From assembly GCA_965248355.1 (NCBI GenBank), contig OZ252098.1, forward strand, positions 4,544,001-4,608,000: DNA of 64,000 nucleotides. The letters are read 5' to 3'. Shown here one piece after another: positions 19,476 to 29,298 of the stretch (position 1 is its first letter; each line of letters starts with the position of its first letter). The notes below the pieces were generated by a model that was not told where the DNA came from, did no database searches, and was given only the letters and a program-made list of their open reading frames with translations. A program made the translations under genes and the position numbers. This stretch comes from Candidatus Latescibacterota bacterium. Its GTDB lineage: Bacteria > Latescibacterota > UBA2968 > UBA8231.

Positions 19476-21419
19476 TCAGCCGCCCTCGAGCCGTTCCCGC
19501 ATCTGCCGCACGAAGTCGTTGTCGTCGTAGCCGCCGCGCACGGCCGCGAAGTCGCGGTCGCGGTCGGCCTCGCCGCCCTCGAGGCCGTATCCGAAGCGGG
19601 CGATGGGGTCGAACTCCTTCTCGGCGTCGGCCAGGATCCTGCGCACGAAGGAGGCCGTGGACTTGCGGTGGGCGGCCTCGATCTGGTCGAGGCAGGCCGG
19701 GGTCAGGTCCTCCGTCGAGGTGCCGGTGCGCTCCTGCCAGACGGCCCGCACCCACTCCCACTCGTCGGCCTCGTACGCGGCGTCGGCCTCGGCGAAGGCC
19801 GCGTCCAGGTCGGCGGGACCGGCCAGCTCGCCGCCGGCGACCCCGTCTTCGATGCGCCGCAGGCGCTCCCGGGGCATCAGCAGCCCCCCCACGTCGGTCC
19901 AGTCGGCGCCGTACACGCCCTCTCCGGCGGACAGGGCTCCGCGCAGGGCCTCGCCATCCCCGGCCCGCCGGGCCTCGGCGGCGCGCTCGAGGATCCGGCC
20001 GCGCAGGTAGGCGTCGATGCCGTCGGCGTAGTTGCGGGCGCTGCGGCGCAGCAGCAGGCGCTTGATCACCACGCCCTTGTAGCGCACCAGCTCGACCTCC
20101 CGGCTCGTGCCCTCGTAGAGCTCCTTCAGCAGGGCCTCGCCGCGCAGCATCTTGCCCACCGTGTAGGGGCTGTAGACCTCGAAGCGGATCTGGTCGCGGC
20201 GCACCGACCCTTCGCGGCGGTCCCGGGTCGGCCACTTTTCGCCGTCGCGCACGGTGCCCACGGTGAACATGTTCATCGCCGGCGTGCACAGGGACTCGCC
20301 GTCCTCCTCGGTGACGTAGGAGAAGGGCAGGTCGCCGATGTCGAAGTTGTTCAGGTGCTTGCCGATGATGACGCAGAACGGGCCGACCACCGTGGGCCAG
20401 CGCATGTACGAGAAGGAGCCGTTCTTCGTGCCCCGCTGGATCACGCCCTGGTGCACGGGCCCGAGCTTGTACATGTGGTTGGACTGGTTGGTGCCGGAGC
20501 CGGCGTTGTAGAAGGAATAGACGCCGGCGATGAGCAGGGTGGACTTGTGGTGGGTCACGGTGTAGGGGCCGGCGAAGATCGAGCAGGCCTCGCCGTGGAA
20601 GCCCTCGCAGTTGGCGAAGAACAGGGAGTTCTCGACCGAGAACTGCTTGCCGAGATGGACCCCCTGGCCGACGAAGGCCGTGTGCAGCACCACCCCGTCC
20701 TCGACGGCGGCGCCCTCGGCGATGATGAAGTCCTCGGCGCAGACGCCGGCGCCCACCCGGGCCGGGGCCTCCGGCTCCGAGAGGATGGTGCCGTTGCACA
20801 GCCGCGAGGCGCCGAGCACCTCGGCGGCGGGTCCCACGTCGACGTCGATCAGGCGCCCCACCTGGTCCACCCGGGCCCCGGCGCCGATCCGCCCATGGTC
20901 ACGGGTGGCCTGGCGCGCGTACCCGGCGGCGATCCCGCGCAGGCCCTCCACCAGGCCCTCGCGGTGACGGTGCATGGCCATCAGGTAGGCGTACTGGCTC
21001 GACATCTCCGCGAAGAGGGTGACCTCGCGGCCCCCGCCCTCGTTGACGGGACTGGCCTCGACGCCGTTGCCGAAGGTGGCCCCCGGGCGCGTGACGGCGG
21101 AGCCCACCCCGGTGACGACGGCGCCGTCCTCCACCCGGTAGCGGGCGAGGCAGCCGACGCCGGAGATCAGCACGTCGTCGCCGATCTCGCAGTCGACGAT
21201 GGTGGCGTCGGACAGACCCGCGGGCAGCCGCACGCCCTCCTCGAGGTCGGCCGACCCGCGCAGGGCGCCCACCAGCACGTGGCCGGCGAAGCGCACGTTG
21301 CGCACGCGGGTCGGGTCGAAGCCGGCGGAGACGCGGACCCGGGTCCAGTCGTCGCAGGTGCAGCCGCGGGCCTCCAGGGCCGAGACCGCCGCCGCGGTCA
21401 GGGGCAGGTGAGTGCTCAT
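19476..21419 (-). CDS. DUF4954-family protein (GlmU-like beta-helix repeats)
   Basis: ENSLFFANCEGFHGEACSIFAGPYTVTHHKSTLLIAG...NAGSGTNQSNHMYKLGPVHQG recognised as this family. Confidence 0.75.
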   Translation of the reverse strand: MSTHLPLTAAAVSALEARGCTCDDWTRVRVSAGFDPTRVRNVRFAGHVLVGALRGSADLEEGVRLPAGLSDATIVDCEIGDDVLISGVGCLARYRVEDGAVVTGVGSAVTRPGATFGNGVEASPVNEGGGREVTLFAEMSSQYAYLMAMHRHREGLVEGLRGIAAGYARQATRDHGRIGAGARVDQVGRLIDVDVGPAAEVLGASRLCNGTILSEPEAPARVGAGVCAEDFIIAEGAAVEDGVVLHTAFVGQGVHLGKQFSVENSLFFANCEGFHGEACSIFAGPYTVTHHKSTLLIAGVYSFYNAGSGTNQSNHMYKLGPVHQGVIQRGTKNGSFSYMRWPTVVGPFCVIIGKHLNNFDIGDLPFSYVTEEDGESLCTPAMNMFTVGTVRDGEKWPTRDRREGSVRRDQIRFEVYSPYTVGKMLRGEALLKELYEGTSREVELVRYKGVVIKRLLLRRSARNYADGIDAYLRGRILERAAEARRAGDGEALRGALSAGEGVYGADWTDVGGLLMPRERLRRIEDGVAGGELAGPADLDAAFAEADAAYEADEWEWVRAVWQERTGTSTEDLTPACLDQIEAAHRKSTASFVRRILADAEKEFDPIARFGYGLEGGEADRDRDFAAVRGGYDDNDFVRQMRERLEGG

Positions 21420-21570
21420 ATCTAATTGAAGACGCCGGGTTTCTCGCAGGGCGCGACAAACCTAGCGGCGGTCCCGGGGGTGTCAAGCTCGCGCCCCGGC
21501 GGGGCCCCGGCCGGGCCTCCGGTTTCCGGAAATCCGGCCCTGTCGTACATTCCAGCCCCGAAAAAACCCC

Positions 21571-22320
21571 ATGTCAGGCAACATAAAGCTCGAAATCTGC
21601 GACCACGCGGAAGGCGTGGCCCGCCAGGCGGCGGCCTCCCTGTCCGCCCTCGTCCGTTCCCGTTCCGAGACCGTCGTCGGCCTGGCCACCGGGTCCACCC
21701 CGGAGGCGACCTACGGCGAGCTGGCCCGCATGCACCGGGACGAGGGTCTGAGCTTCGCCGGCGTCACCACCTTCAACCTCGACGAGTACTGGGGGCTGGG
21801 CGGCGACCACGAGCAGAGCTACCGCCACTTCATGAGCGACCGCCTCTTCCGGCACGTCGACATCCGGCCGTGGAACACCCACGTCCTCAACGGGCGGGCC
21901 CGGTTCCCGGAGCTGGAGTGCCGGTCCTTCGAGGACAGGATCCTGTCGGTGGGCGGCGTCGACCTGTGGCTTCTCGGCATCGGCGGCAACGGCCACGTCG
22001 CCTTCAACGAGCCGGGCAGCCCCGTCGACTCGCGCACCCGGCTGGTGAGCCTGGCCCAGGAGACCATCGACGCCAACAGCGACGGCCGGTTCTTCTCCGA
22101 TCCGGCCGAGGTGCCCCGCTGCGCCCTGTCGGCCGGCATCGGCACCATCCGCGAGGCCCGGGCCATCGTCCTGCTGGCCACCGGCGACAACAAGGCCGAC
22201 GCCGTGGCCGCCGCCGTGGAGGGCCCCTTCACCCCGGACTGCCCGGCCAGCCTGCTCCAGGACCACCCGGACTGCACCTTCATCATCGACGCCGGCGCGG
22301 CGTCCAAGCTCGCATCCTAG
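21571..22320 (+). CDS. nagB: Glucosamine-6-phosphate deaminase
   Basis: GLATGSTP, TFNLDEY, GIGGNGHVAFNEPGS. Confidence 0.95.
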   Translation: MSGNIKLEICDHAEGVARQAAASLSALVRSRSETVVGLATGSTPEATYGELARMHRDEGLSFAGVTTFNLDEYWGLGGDHEQSYRHFMSDRLFRHVDIRPWNTHVLNGRARFPELECRSFEDRILSVGGVDLWLLGIGGNGHVAFNEPGSPVDSRTRLVSLAQETIDANSDGRFFSDPAEVPRCALSAGIGTIREARAIVLLATGDNKADAVAAAVEGPFTPDCPASLLQDHPDCTFIIDAGAASKLAS

Positions 22321-22331
22321 GCAGAGGGAAC

Positions 22332-22574
22332 ATGGACAGGGACGACGTCAAGCAGAGGGTCTACGGCGTGATCGCCAGCGTGCTCAAGATCGACGTGGGC
22401 CGCATCGAGGAGGCTCAGTCCTTCTCGGCCGATCTCGGCGCCGAGTCGGTGCAGTCGGTGGAGCTCATGGCGGGCTTCGAGGAGGAGTTCGAGATCGAGA
22501 TGGACGAGGACGACGCCCTCGCCGTGCAGACCGTGGGCGGCGCCATCGACTTCATCGGCAGACATCTGGACTGA
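22332..22574 (+). CDS. Acyl carrier protein
   Basis: 80 aa acidic; DLGAESVQSVELMAGFEEEFEIE...TVG. Confidence 0.85.
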   Translation: MDRDDVKQRVYGVIASVLKIDVGRIEEAQSFSADLGAESVQSVELMAGFEEEFEIEMDEDDALAVQTVGGAIDFIGRHLD

Positions 22575-22592
22575 GGAACAGGAGAAGAGAAG

Positions 22593-23993
22593 ATGACGGT
22601 GGCCACTACAGGCCGGTTCGAGCTGCGGGAGGTGGAGGAGCCGAACCTGCTCGACGAGATGTTCGACTATTCCCTGCCCCCGAAGATCGAGTTCGACGGG
22701 GCCATCCACGAGGAGATCGACGGGCAGGTGGTGACCTTCGACCCGGCCGAGATGCTGGCCCGGGACCTGGTGATCACGGACACCACCTTCCGCGACGGGC
22801 AGCAGGCGCGGCCCCCGTACACGGTGGAGCAGCAGGTCACCCTCTTCGACATGATGGCCCGCCTCGGCGGCCCCAACGGGGTGATCCGGCAGACCGAGTT
22901 CTTCCTCTACACGGCCAACGACCGCAAGGCCCTCGACGACTGCCGGGCCCTGGGCCACCCCTACCCGGAGGTGACCTCGTGGATCCGCGCCGACAAGGGC
23001 GACTTCCGGCTGGTGAAGGAGGCGGAGGTCAAGGAGACGGGGCTGCTCACCCCGTCGTCGGACTATCACATCTTCTACAAGCTCAAGAAGGACCGCCGCA
23101 AGGCCTTCGACGACTACATCGAGGTCATCGAGGCCGCCTGGGAGGCGGGCATCCGGCCGCGGGTCCACCTGGAGGACCTGACCCGCGCCGACTTCGACGG
23201 CTTCGTGCTGCCCTACGTCTCGGAGCTGAAGCGCCGCTCGGAGCAGGTGCCGGCCGACCTGCACGTGAAGATCCGCCTGTGCGACACCATGGGCTTCGGC
23301 GTGCCCTCGCCGGGGGTGGCCCTGCCGCGGTCGATCCCCAAGATCATCCACCGCATGACCCACGATGTGGGGATCCCGCCGGAGTGCCTGGAGTGGCACG
23401 GCCACAACGACTTCCACAAGGTCCACGTCAACGGCGCCACGGCCTGGCTGTACGGCTGCAACGCCGTCAACACCACCCTCTTCGGCTTCGGCGAGCGCAC
23501 CGGCAACCCGCCCCTGGAGGGGGCGCTGATCGAGTACATCGCCCTGCGCGGCGACCTCTGCGGCATCGACACGCAGATGATCCAGGAGATGGCCGACTAC
23601 ATGCGCTCCATCGGCGTCGAGATCGCCCCGAACTACCCCTTCGTGGGCCGCGACTTCAACACCACGAGGGCGGGCATCCACGCCGGCGGCCTGCGCGCCG
23701 ACGAGCGCATCTACAACATCTTCGACACCACCGCCCTCTTCGGCCGCCCGCCGCGGGTGTCGATCACCGACAAGTCCGGCGTCGACGGCGTCGCCCTGTG
23801 GGTGAACGACTTCCTCGGCCTCGAGGGCGAGGCGAAGCTGTCGAAGATCAAGGTCCACAAGGTGGCGCGCTGGGTCATGGACCAGTACGAGGTCCACAAC
23901 CGCATGAGCGCCATCACCGACGAGGAGCTGGAGGAGCAGGTCAAGGAGCATCTGCCCGACCACTACGCGCGGCGCGTCCGCAGGGCGGGCTGA
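22593..23993 (+). CDS. Re-citrate synthase (DRE-TIM metallolyase, LeuA/homocitrate synthase-like)
   Basis: DTTFRDGQQARPPYTVEQ, RLGGPNGVIRQTEFFLY, WHGHNDF, GERTGN, AGIHA; matches my recollection of clostridial/Syntrophus Re-citrate synthase. Confidence 0.8.
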   Translation: MTVATTGRFELREVEEPNLLDEMFDYSLPPKIEFDGAIHEEIDGQVVTFDPAEMLARDLVITDTTFRDGQQARPPYTVEQQVTLFDMMARLGGPNGVIRQTEFFLYTANDRKALDDCRALGHPYPEVTSWIRADKGDFRLVKEAEVKETGLLTPSSDYHIFYKLKKDRRKAFDDYIEVIEAAWEAGIRPRVHLEDLTRADFDGFVLPYVSELKRRSEQVPADLHVKIRLCDTMGFGVPSPGVALPRSIPKIIHRMTHDVGIPPECLEWHGHNDFHKVHVNGATAWLYGCNAVNTTLFGFGERTGNPPLEGALIEYIALRGDLCGIDTQMIQEMADYMRSIGVEIAPNYPFVGRDFNTTRAGIHAGGLRADERIYNIFDTTALFGRPPRVSITDKSGVDGVALWVNDFLGLEGEAKLSKIKVHKVARWVMDQYEVHNRMSAITDEELEEQVKEHLPDHYARRVRRAG

Positions 23994-24027
23994 ATGCGCT
24001 CCCACTCATGGCAGGGGGATTGAACCG

Positions 24028-24549
24028 ATGCTGACCCAGGAGATGGAGCGCGCCCTCAACGAGCAGGTGAACGTCGAGCTGCAGTCGGCTTACCAGTACC
24101 TGGCGCAGGCGGCCTATTTCGAATCGATCGACCTGAAGGGCTTCGCCCACTGGATGGGGATCCAGTATCAGGAGGAGCGCGCTCACGCGCTGAAGATCTA
24201 CCAGTTCATCATCGACCGCGACGGCCGCGTGAAGCTGCTGCCCCTGGCCGAGCCGGTGGGCGAGTGGGAGGACCCGACCCGCGCCTTCGAGGCCGCCCTC
24301 GAGAGCGAGCGCGACAACAGCCGGCGGATCCACGAGCTCTGCGACCTGGCCATGGGCGAGAAGGACCACGCCACCCTGGCCTTCCTGCAGTGGTTCGTCA
24401 CCGAGCAGGTCGAGGAGGAGGCCGTGGCCCACGACCTGGTGCAGAAGCTGAAGCTGGTGGCCGACAGCAACGCCGGCCTGTTCATGCTCGACCAGGAGCT
24501 GAACCAGCGCGCGCCGGCGCCGGAGACAACCGACATGCCCGGGGCCTGA
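24028..24549 (+). CDS. ftnA: Non-heme ferritin
   Basis: LNEQVNVEL, EERAHA, FLQWFVTEQVEEE. Confidence 0.93.
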   Translation: MLTQEMERALNEQVNVELQSAYQYLAQAAYFESIDLKGFAHWMGIQYQEERAHALKIYQFIIDRDGRVKLLPLAEPVGEWEDPTRAFEAALESERDNSRRIHELCDLAMGEKDHATLAFLQWFVTEQVEEEAVAHDLVQKLKLVADSNAGLFMLDQELNQRAPAPETTDMPGA

Positions 24550-24557
24550 GGGGCTCC

Positions 24558-25400
24558 GTGAGAGTCGCCGTCACCGGCAGCGCCGGCCGCATCGGCGCCT
24601 CTGTCGTGGCCGATCTCGCCGGCCGCGGCCACCAGGTGACCGGGCTCGACCTGCGCCGCGGCGACCATCCCGGCGTCCGCCACCTCGCCGCCGACCTGAC
24701 CGACGCCGGGCACGTCTACTCGGGCCTGGCCGGCGCCGACGCCGTCGTTCACCTCGGCGCCTGGTCGGGCACCGTTCCCGACACCGAGGTCTACGCCGCC
24801 AACACGGCCGGCGCCTTCAACGTCCTCCGGGCCTGCGCCGACCTCGGCATCCGCCGCGTCGTCACCGCCTCCAGCGCCCAGGTCTACGGCTTCAAGGCCG
24901 ATCCCCCCGTCTACCTCCCCGTCGACGAGGACCACCCCCTGCGCCCGCAGAACAGCTACGCCTTGGCCAAGATCGCCAGCGAGGAAGCGGCCGAGTACTT
25001 CTGCGAGCGCCACGGCCTCGAGGCCGTGACCTTCCGCTTCATGGGCATCCGCCGGCCCGGGGAGGTGCCCCCGCAGATCGAGACTCTGAAGGCCGATCCC
25101 GCCTCGGGCGTGGGCCTGCTGTGGACGCGCACCGACGTGCGCGACGCCGCCCGCGCCTGCACCCTCGCCGTGGAGGCGGTCAGCGTCGAGCCGGGGGTCT
25201 ACAACCTGACGGGAAGCAGGATCATTGCGTCCGAGGACACGGCCGTCCTCGTGGAGCGGCTCTTCGGCGCCGCCACCGAGGTCCGGGCCGAGCTGCCCGG
25301 CCGCTCCTCACCCATGAGCTGCGCCAAGGCGGAGGCCGCCTTCGGCTGGAGCCCCGCCTTCGTGTGGACGGCCGACGGCCTGTCCCCGGACCACTCATGA
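24558..25400 (+). CDS. NAD-dependent epimerase/dehydratase
   Basis: VTGSAGRIG, ASSAQVYG, YALAK. Confidence 0.9.
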   Translation: MRVAVTGSAGRIGASVVADLAGRGHQVTGLDLRRGDHPGVRHLAADLTDAGHVYSGLAGADAVVHLGAWSGTVPDTEVYAANTAGAFNVLRACADLGIRRVVTASSAQVYGFKADPPVYLPVDEDHPLRPQNSYALAKIASEEAAEYFCERHGLEAVTFRFMGIRRPGEVPPQIETLKADPASGVGLLWTRTDVRDAARACTLAVEAVSVEPGVYNLTGSRIIASEDTAVLVERLFGAATEVRAELPGRSSPMSCAKAEAAFGWSPAFVWTADGLSPDHS

Positions 25401-26389
25401 GATTCGGCATCATCGGCTGCGGCTCCATCGCCGCCAGCTCCTTTGCCCCCAGCCTGCTGAATTCCCGCGAGACCGATCTGACCGCCGTCTGCCGCCGCGA
25501 CGGCGACGGCGCCCGGGAGTTCGCCCGCCGCTTCGGCGGCGCCGCCTACGACTCGGCCGCCGCCCTCATCGGGGACCCCGCCGTGGAGGCCGTCATCGTC
25601 TCGACGCCCACCGACACCCACTGCGAGCACACCCTGGCCGCCGCGGCCGCCGGCAAGCACGTCCTCTGCGAGAAGCCCATGGCCCGCGACCGCCGCGAGG
25701 CGCGGCGCATGATGGAGGCCTGCCGCGACGCCGGCGTCACCCTCGGCATCGCCTACCGCCGCCGGCTCTTCCCCCAGGTGCTGGAAGCGAAGCGGCGGCT
25801 GGCGGCCGGCGAGATCGGCCGCCAGGTCTTCAGCCGCACCCACTACAGCGGCGGCGGCGGCCTCGGCTCGGGGTCGTGGCAGACCGAGCCCGGCATCGGC
25901 GGGGCCCTCATGGAGATGGCCGTTCACCGCATCGAGGTCCTCCTCAACCTCGCCGGCAGCGAGCCGGTGGAGGTCTGCGGCCTCCTCGACACCGTCCACC
26001 ACGACTGGCCCGTGGACGACACCGACGCCCTGCTGCTGCGCTTCGCCGACGGCACCGCCGGGATGCACTCGACGATCCTCACCTCCAACCCGCGCCGGGA
26101 CTTCGCCCAGATCGACGGCGTCGACGGCCGCATCGTCATCGACGGCCTGGAGTACGGCGGCGGGGCGATCGAGGTGGAGACGGCCTCGGGGCGGGAGTCG
26201 GTGCCCGTGGAGCCGCTGCAGGCCCCGTACTTCGACCAGCCCATGATCGAGGACTTCGTGAACGCCGCGCGGGAGGGGCGCGAGCCGGTCTGCGACGGCG
26301 TCACCGGATATTGGGTGCAGGCCGTGGCCGACGCGGCGAGGGAGTCCTCGGCCAGCGGCGCCCGCGTCGCCGTGGAGCCCTGGGCCTGA
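25397..26389 (+). CDS. Gfo/Idh/MocA oxidoreductase
   Basis: GIIGCGSIA, GKHVLCEKPMA. Confidence 0.92.
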   Translation: MRFGIIGCGSIAASSFAPSLLNSRETDLTAVCRRDGDGAREFARRFGGAAYDSAAALIGDPAVEAVIVSTPTDTHCEHTLAAAAAGKHVLCEKPMARDRREARRMMEACRDAGVTLGIAYRRRLFPQVLEAKRRLAAGEIGRQVFSRTHYSGGGGLGSGSWQTEPGIGGALMEMAVHRIEVLLNLAGSEPVEVCGLLDTVHHDWPVDDTDALLLRFADGTAGMHSTILTSNPRRDFAQIDGVDGRIVIDGLEYGGGAIEVETASGRESVPVEPLQAPYFDQPMIEDFVNAAREGREPVCDGVTGYWVQAVADAARESSASGARVAVEPWA

Positions 26390-26401
26390 AGGAGGCGCCC
26401 C

Positions 26402-27838
26402 ATGACCGAGCGGCCCAACATCCTCTTCATCCTCACCGACGACCAGGGTCCCTGGGCCCTCGGCTGCGCCGGCAACGACGAAATCCGCACCCCCGGCCTC
26501 GACCGCATCGCCGCCGCCGGGGTCCGCTTCGAGCACTTCCTCTGCGCCTCGCCCGTCTGCTCGCCGAGCCGCGCCAGCTTCCTCACCGGCCGCATGCCGT
26601 CCCAGCACGGCGTCCACGACTGGATCCGTGAGGGCAACGTCGGCGACGGCGCCGCCCGCTACCTCGAAGGGGAGACGGCCTGCACCGACGTCCTCGCCGC
26701 CCACGGGTACAAGGTGGGGCTGTCGGGCAAGTGGCACCTCGGTCACAGCCAGCTCGTCCAGCACGGGTTCTCGCACTGGTACGTCCACCAGCGCGGCGGC
26801 GGCGACTACAACCGCCCCCCGATGGTGCGCGACGGGCAGCTGGTGACCGAGGACGGCTACGTGACCAACCTGATCACCGACGACGCCCTCGCCTTCCTCG
26901 ACGCCCACGCCGGAGGCCCCGAGCCCTTCTACCTCGGCGTCCACTACACGGCGCCGCACTCGCCGTGGACCGGCCACCCCCAGGCCATCGTCGACTCCTA
27001 CGACGACTGCCCCTTCGACACCTGCCCCCAGGAGCCGATCCACGAGTGGGCCCGGGGTCACGGGCTGTCCGAGAACTGCCTCGGCAACCGCGAGATGCTC
27101 AAGGGCTACTTCGCCGCGGTCACCGCCATGGACGCCGACGTGGTGCGCCTCCTCGACCGGCTGCAGGCCCTGGGTCTGCGCGAGCGGACCATGGTCGTGT
27201 TCGCCAGCGACAACGGCTTCAGCTGCGGCCACCACGGGTTCTGGGGCAAGGGCAACGGCACCTTTCCCTTGAACATGTACGAGAACTCGGTGACCGTGCC
27301 CTTCCTCGTGAGCCAGCCCGGACGGGTGCCCCAGGGCGTCGTCGAGCCCGGCCTGTTCAGCGCCTGCGACCTCTTCCCGACCCTGCTGGAGCACGCGGGT
27401 CTGCCCGAGCCGGACGACGGGGGAGGGGGACGTTCGGGCAGGAGCTTCTCCGGCCTGCTGGGAACGGGGGCGGACGCTGGCGGGACCGAGGGCCGCGAGG
27501 CCGTGGTCGTCGACGGCAGCCGCTGCGCCGAGTACGGCGCCTCGCGCATGGTCCGCACCCGGGACTGGAAGTACGTCGACCGCGGCGAGGAGCTGCCGGC
27601 GGAGCTGTATCATCTAGAGGAGGACCCCGGCGAGCGCGCCAACCTGGCCGGCGACGCGGGCTATGCCGCCCGCCGCCGCGAGCTGCACGGTCTGCTGGAG
27701 GACTGGTTCCGCCGCCACGGCGCCGGCGGCGAGCGCGACGGCCGGAGGTGGGAGGTGACGGGCGCGGGGCAGCTGCGGCCGGTGGGCGGGGGGCGGGAGG
27801 GGTCCGGGGGGGCGGCTTTCGCGGGGCGGGGGCAGTGA
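26402..27838 (+). CDS. Sulfatase (Cys-type)
   Basis: PNILFILTDDQ, CSPSR formylglycine motif, GKWHLG. Confidence 0.93.
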   Translation: MTERPNILFILTDDQGPWALGCAGNDEIRTPGLDRIAAAGVRFEHFLCASPVCSPSRASFLTGRMPSQHGVHDWIREGNVGDGAARYLEGETACTDVLAAHGYKVGLSGKWHLGHSQLVQHGFSHWYVHQRGGGDYNRPPMVRDGQLVTEDGYVTNLITDDALAFLDAHAGGPEPFYLGVHYTAPHSPWTGHPQAIVDSYDDCPFDTCPQEPIHEWARGHGLSENCLGNREMLKGYFAAVTAMDADVVRLLDRLQALGLRERTMVVFASDNGFSCGHHGFWGKGNGTFPLNMYENSVTVPFLVSQPGRVPQGVVEPGLFSACDLFPTLLEHAGLPEPDDGGGGRSGRSFSGLLGTGADAGGTEGREAVVVDGSRCAEYGASRMVRTRDWKYVDRGEELPAELYHLEEDPGERANLAGDAGYAARRRELHGLLEDWFRRHGAGGERDGRRWEVTGAGQLRPVGGGREGSGGAAFAGRGQ

Positions 27839-27888
27839 GGGCGGAGCGCGAATGCGTGGCACTGTACAGGTAGAGGATCGCTACATCC

Positions 27889-28308
27889 TCATGCTACCGC
27901 CAATTGCTCCATCTCCACATGCATCCCAGTTTGCTCGCCCTTGTTCCTGTCAGCAGAGTCCGCGGGAGGCCCTGAGGATTGCAGCCGGCGCATAGGGATT
28001 TCGCCATCGGGTTCCAAGCGGTATAGGCAAAGCGCCCCCAGGCCGCTTTCCATGTCAATTGCCTGGTCCATCCCCTGATGTAGTTTCGCCGGCAAGGGGA
28101 TCTCCGACTCGAATTCCAGCTTGGCCTCTATGTAGTCATCAAAAGCAACGTCAAGATTCGCCATCGCTTCAACGCAGGTTGATCCATCTGTCTTGCATCC
28201 AGGAAGTTCTTCAATCCACGCGACCCAGTAGTGCTCACCATCCTCCTGCCGCAGTTCTGCCCTCCGGGCATAGGGGAGGGCGCGGTAGTAATTCAGATCC
28301 TTGGCCAT
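27889..28308 (-). CDS. hicB: HicB-family antitoxin with C-terminal extension
   Basis: YWVAWIEELPGCKTDGST..EAMANL...IPLP. Confidence 0.85.
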   Translation of the reverse strand: MAKDLNYYRALPYARRAELRQEDGEHYWVAWIEELPGCKTDGSTCVEAMANLDVAFDDYIEAKLEFESEIPLPAKLHQGMDQAIDMESGLGALCLYRLEPDGEIPMRRLQSSGPPADSADRNKGEQTGMHVEMEQLAVA

Positions 28309-28327
28309 GTAGATGCTCCTCTTGAGG

Positions 28328-28574
28328 TTAAGGCTGGGGGCAGTGCACCGAATCGATTAGACCAATTGCCTCCCGTACAACCCAGGCCCGAATCTTCCGG
28401 TGTCTCGGTACTGAGATGGTCAGGCTTGGGTAACTCTCGTGTTCATACGACTGTGTGTTTCCTGCCCTCCCTGAATCGAAAACCGTGAGCTTGAAGAAGG
28501 GTCTCGATGTCTCGCTCTGTGTGTCCATGCGGGGACCGCCGCATTCTCTCCAGAATCTTGTCCGCACTCGGCAT
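28328..28574 (-). pseudogene. hicA: Frameshifted HicA-family toxin
   Basis: GGAGG-ATG at 28574: MPSADKILERMRRSPHG...HGFRFREGRKHTVV-stop; another frame continues YEHESYPSLTISVPRHRKIRAWVVREAIGLID; directly upstream of hicB. Confidence 0.78.
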
Positions 28575-28586
28575 GCCTCCAAGCCA

Positions 28587-28970
28587 TCACTTGGCCAGGG
28601 AAGCACTGATCGGCACAGTACCAATGTGACGACCATCTACTGTGACTACGAATTCGTATTGGCCAGGCTTCGGGAATGGTAATCGCTGGATGGTCAGTGA
28701 CATCTCAGTAGCTCTCAGGTCCTGAGTGAACTCAAAACCACCGGATACGGTCTCTCCGATCTGCCGGTGGTCGGCATCAACGAACCGTAGTTCCATCTGA
28801 TGCTGTCCAAGTTCCGAGGCATCACCCTCCATTCTCACAAGCAGGGACAGGCCCGGGTGATTAAACGGAAATCCCTCTGCAGTGATATTCGTGAAGGTGC
28901 CAATTATGTTGTTCTTGCCCTGAGATCCCGGCACAATTGCATCGGCTACGAGGCCATATCTCATGTACAC
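28587..28970 (-). CDS. Hypothetical beta-sandwich protein (DUF6941-like)
   Basis: GKNNIIGTF...FP...PKPGQYEFVVTVDG pattern; co-oriented with hicAB. Confidence 0.6.
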   Translation of the reverse strand: MYMRYGLVADAIVPGSQGKNNIIGTFTNITAEGFPFNHPGLSLLVRMEGDASELGQHQMELRFVDADHRQIGETVSGGFEFTQDLRATEMSLTIQRLPFPKPGQYEFVVTVDGRHIGTVPISASLAK

Positions 28971-29298
28971 AGCCTTAGGCCTCCACGCTTATGGTCGTCA
29001 GGCTGCACGGATGTGCAGTTTTTGGAGGTTACAGTGCGCAGAAATCCCGCGCAAGGTGCACGGTTGAGCAGTTTTCATTGACTTCTCCTGGGCCTCTGAC
29101 CTACCGGGTCCCGCGCTGTGTCTGCGGCACTCGCTGGCGGTTTCCTGGCAACCACGATCGCCTGGAGTGAAGCCGGCATAGGAATTGCCCTGGCAGCGAT
29201 GGAGGCCGGCTGACCGACACCCTCGCGGCGCATCCGGCGCCCAGGCGGCCAAGACATATCTTCCCATTCTCGTCCCCCCTGGAGGTGCCCACTCGACT

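Noticed and set aside
171..27873. Many long overlapping ORFs (e.g. 171-1307, 1355-2761, 2908-4998, 19293-21425, 25199-27613)
   Set aside because: Antisense or off-frame shadows of recognisable genes, expected at very high GC.
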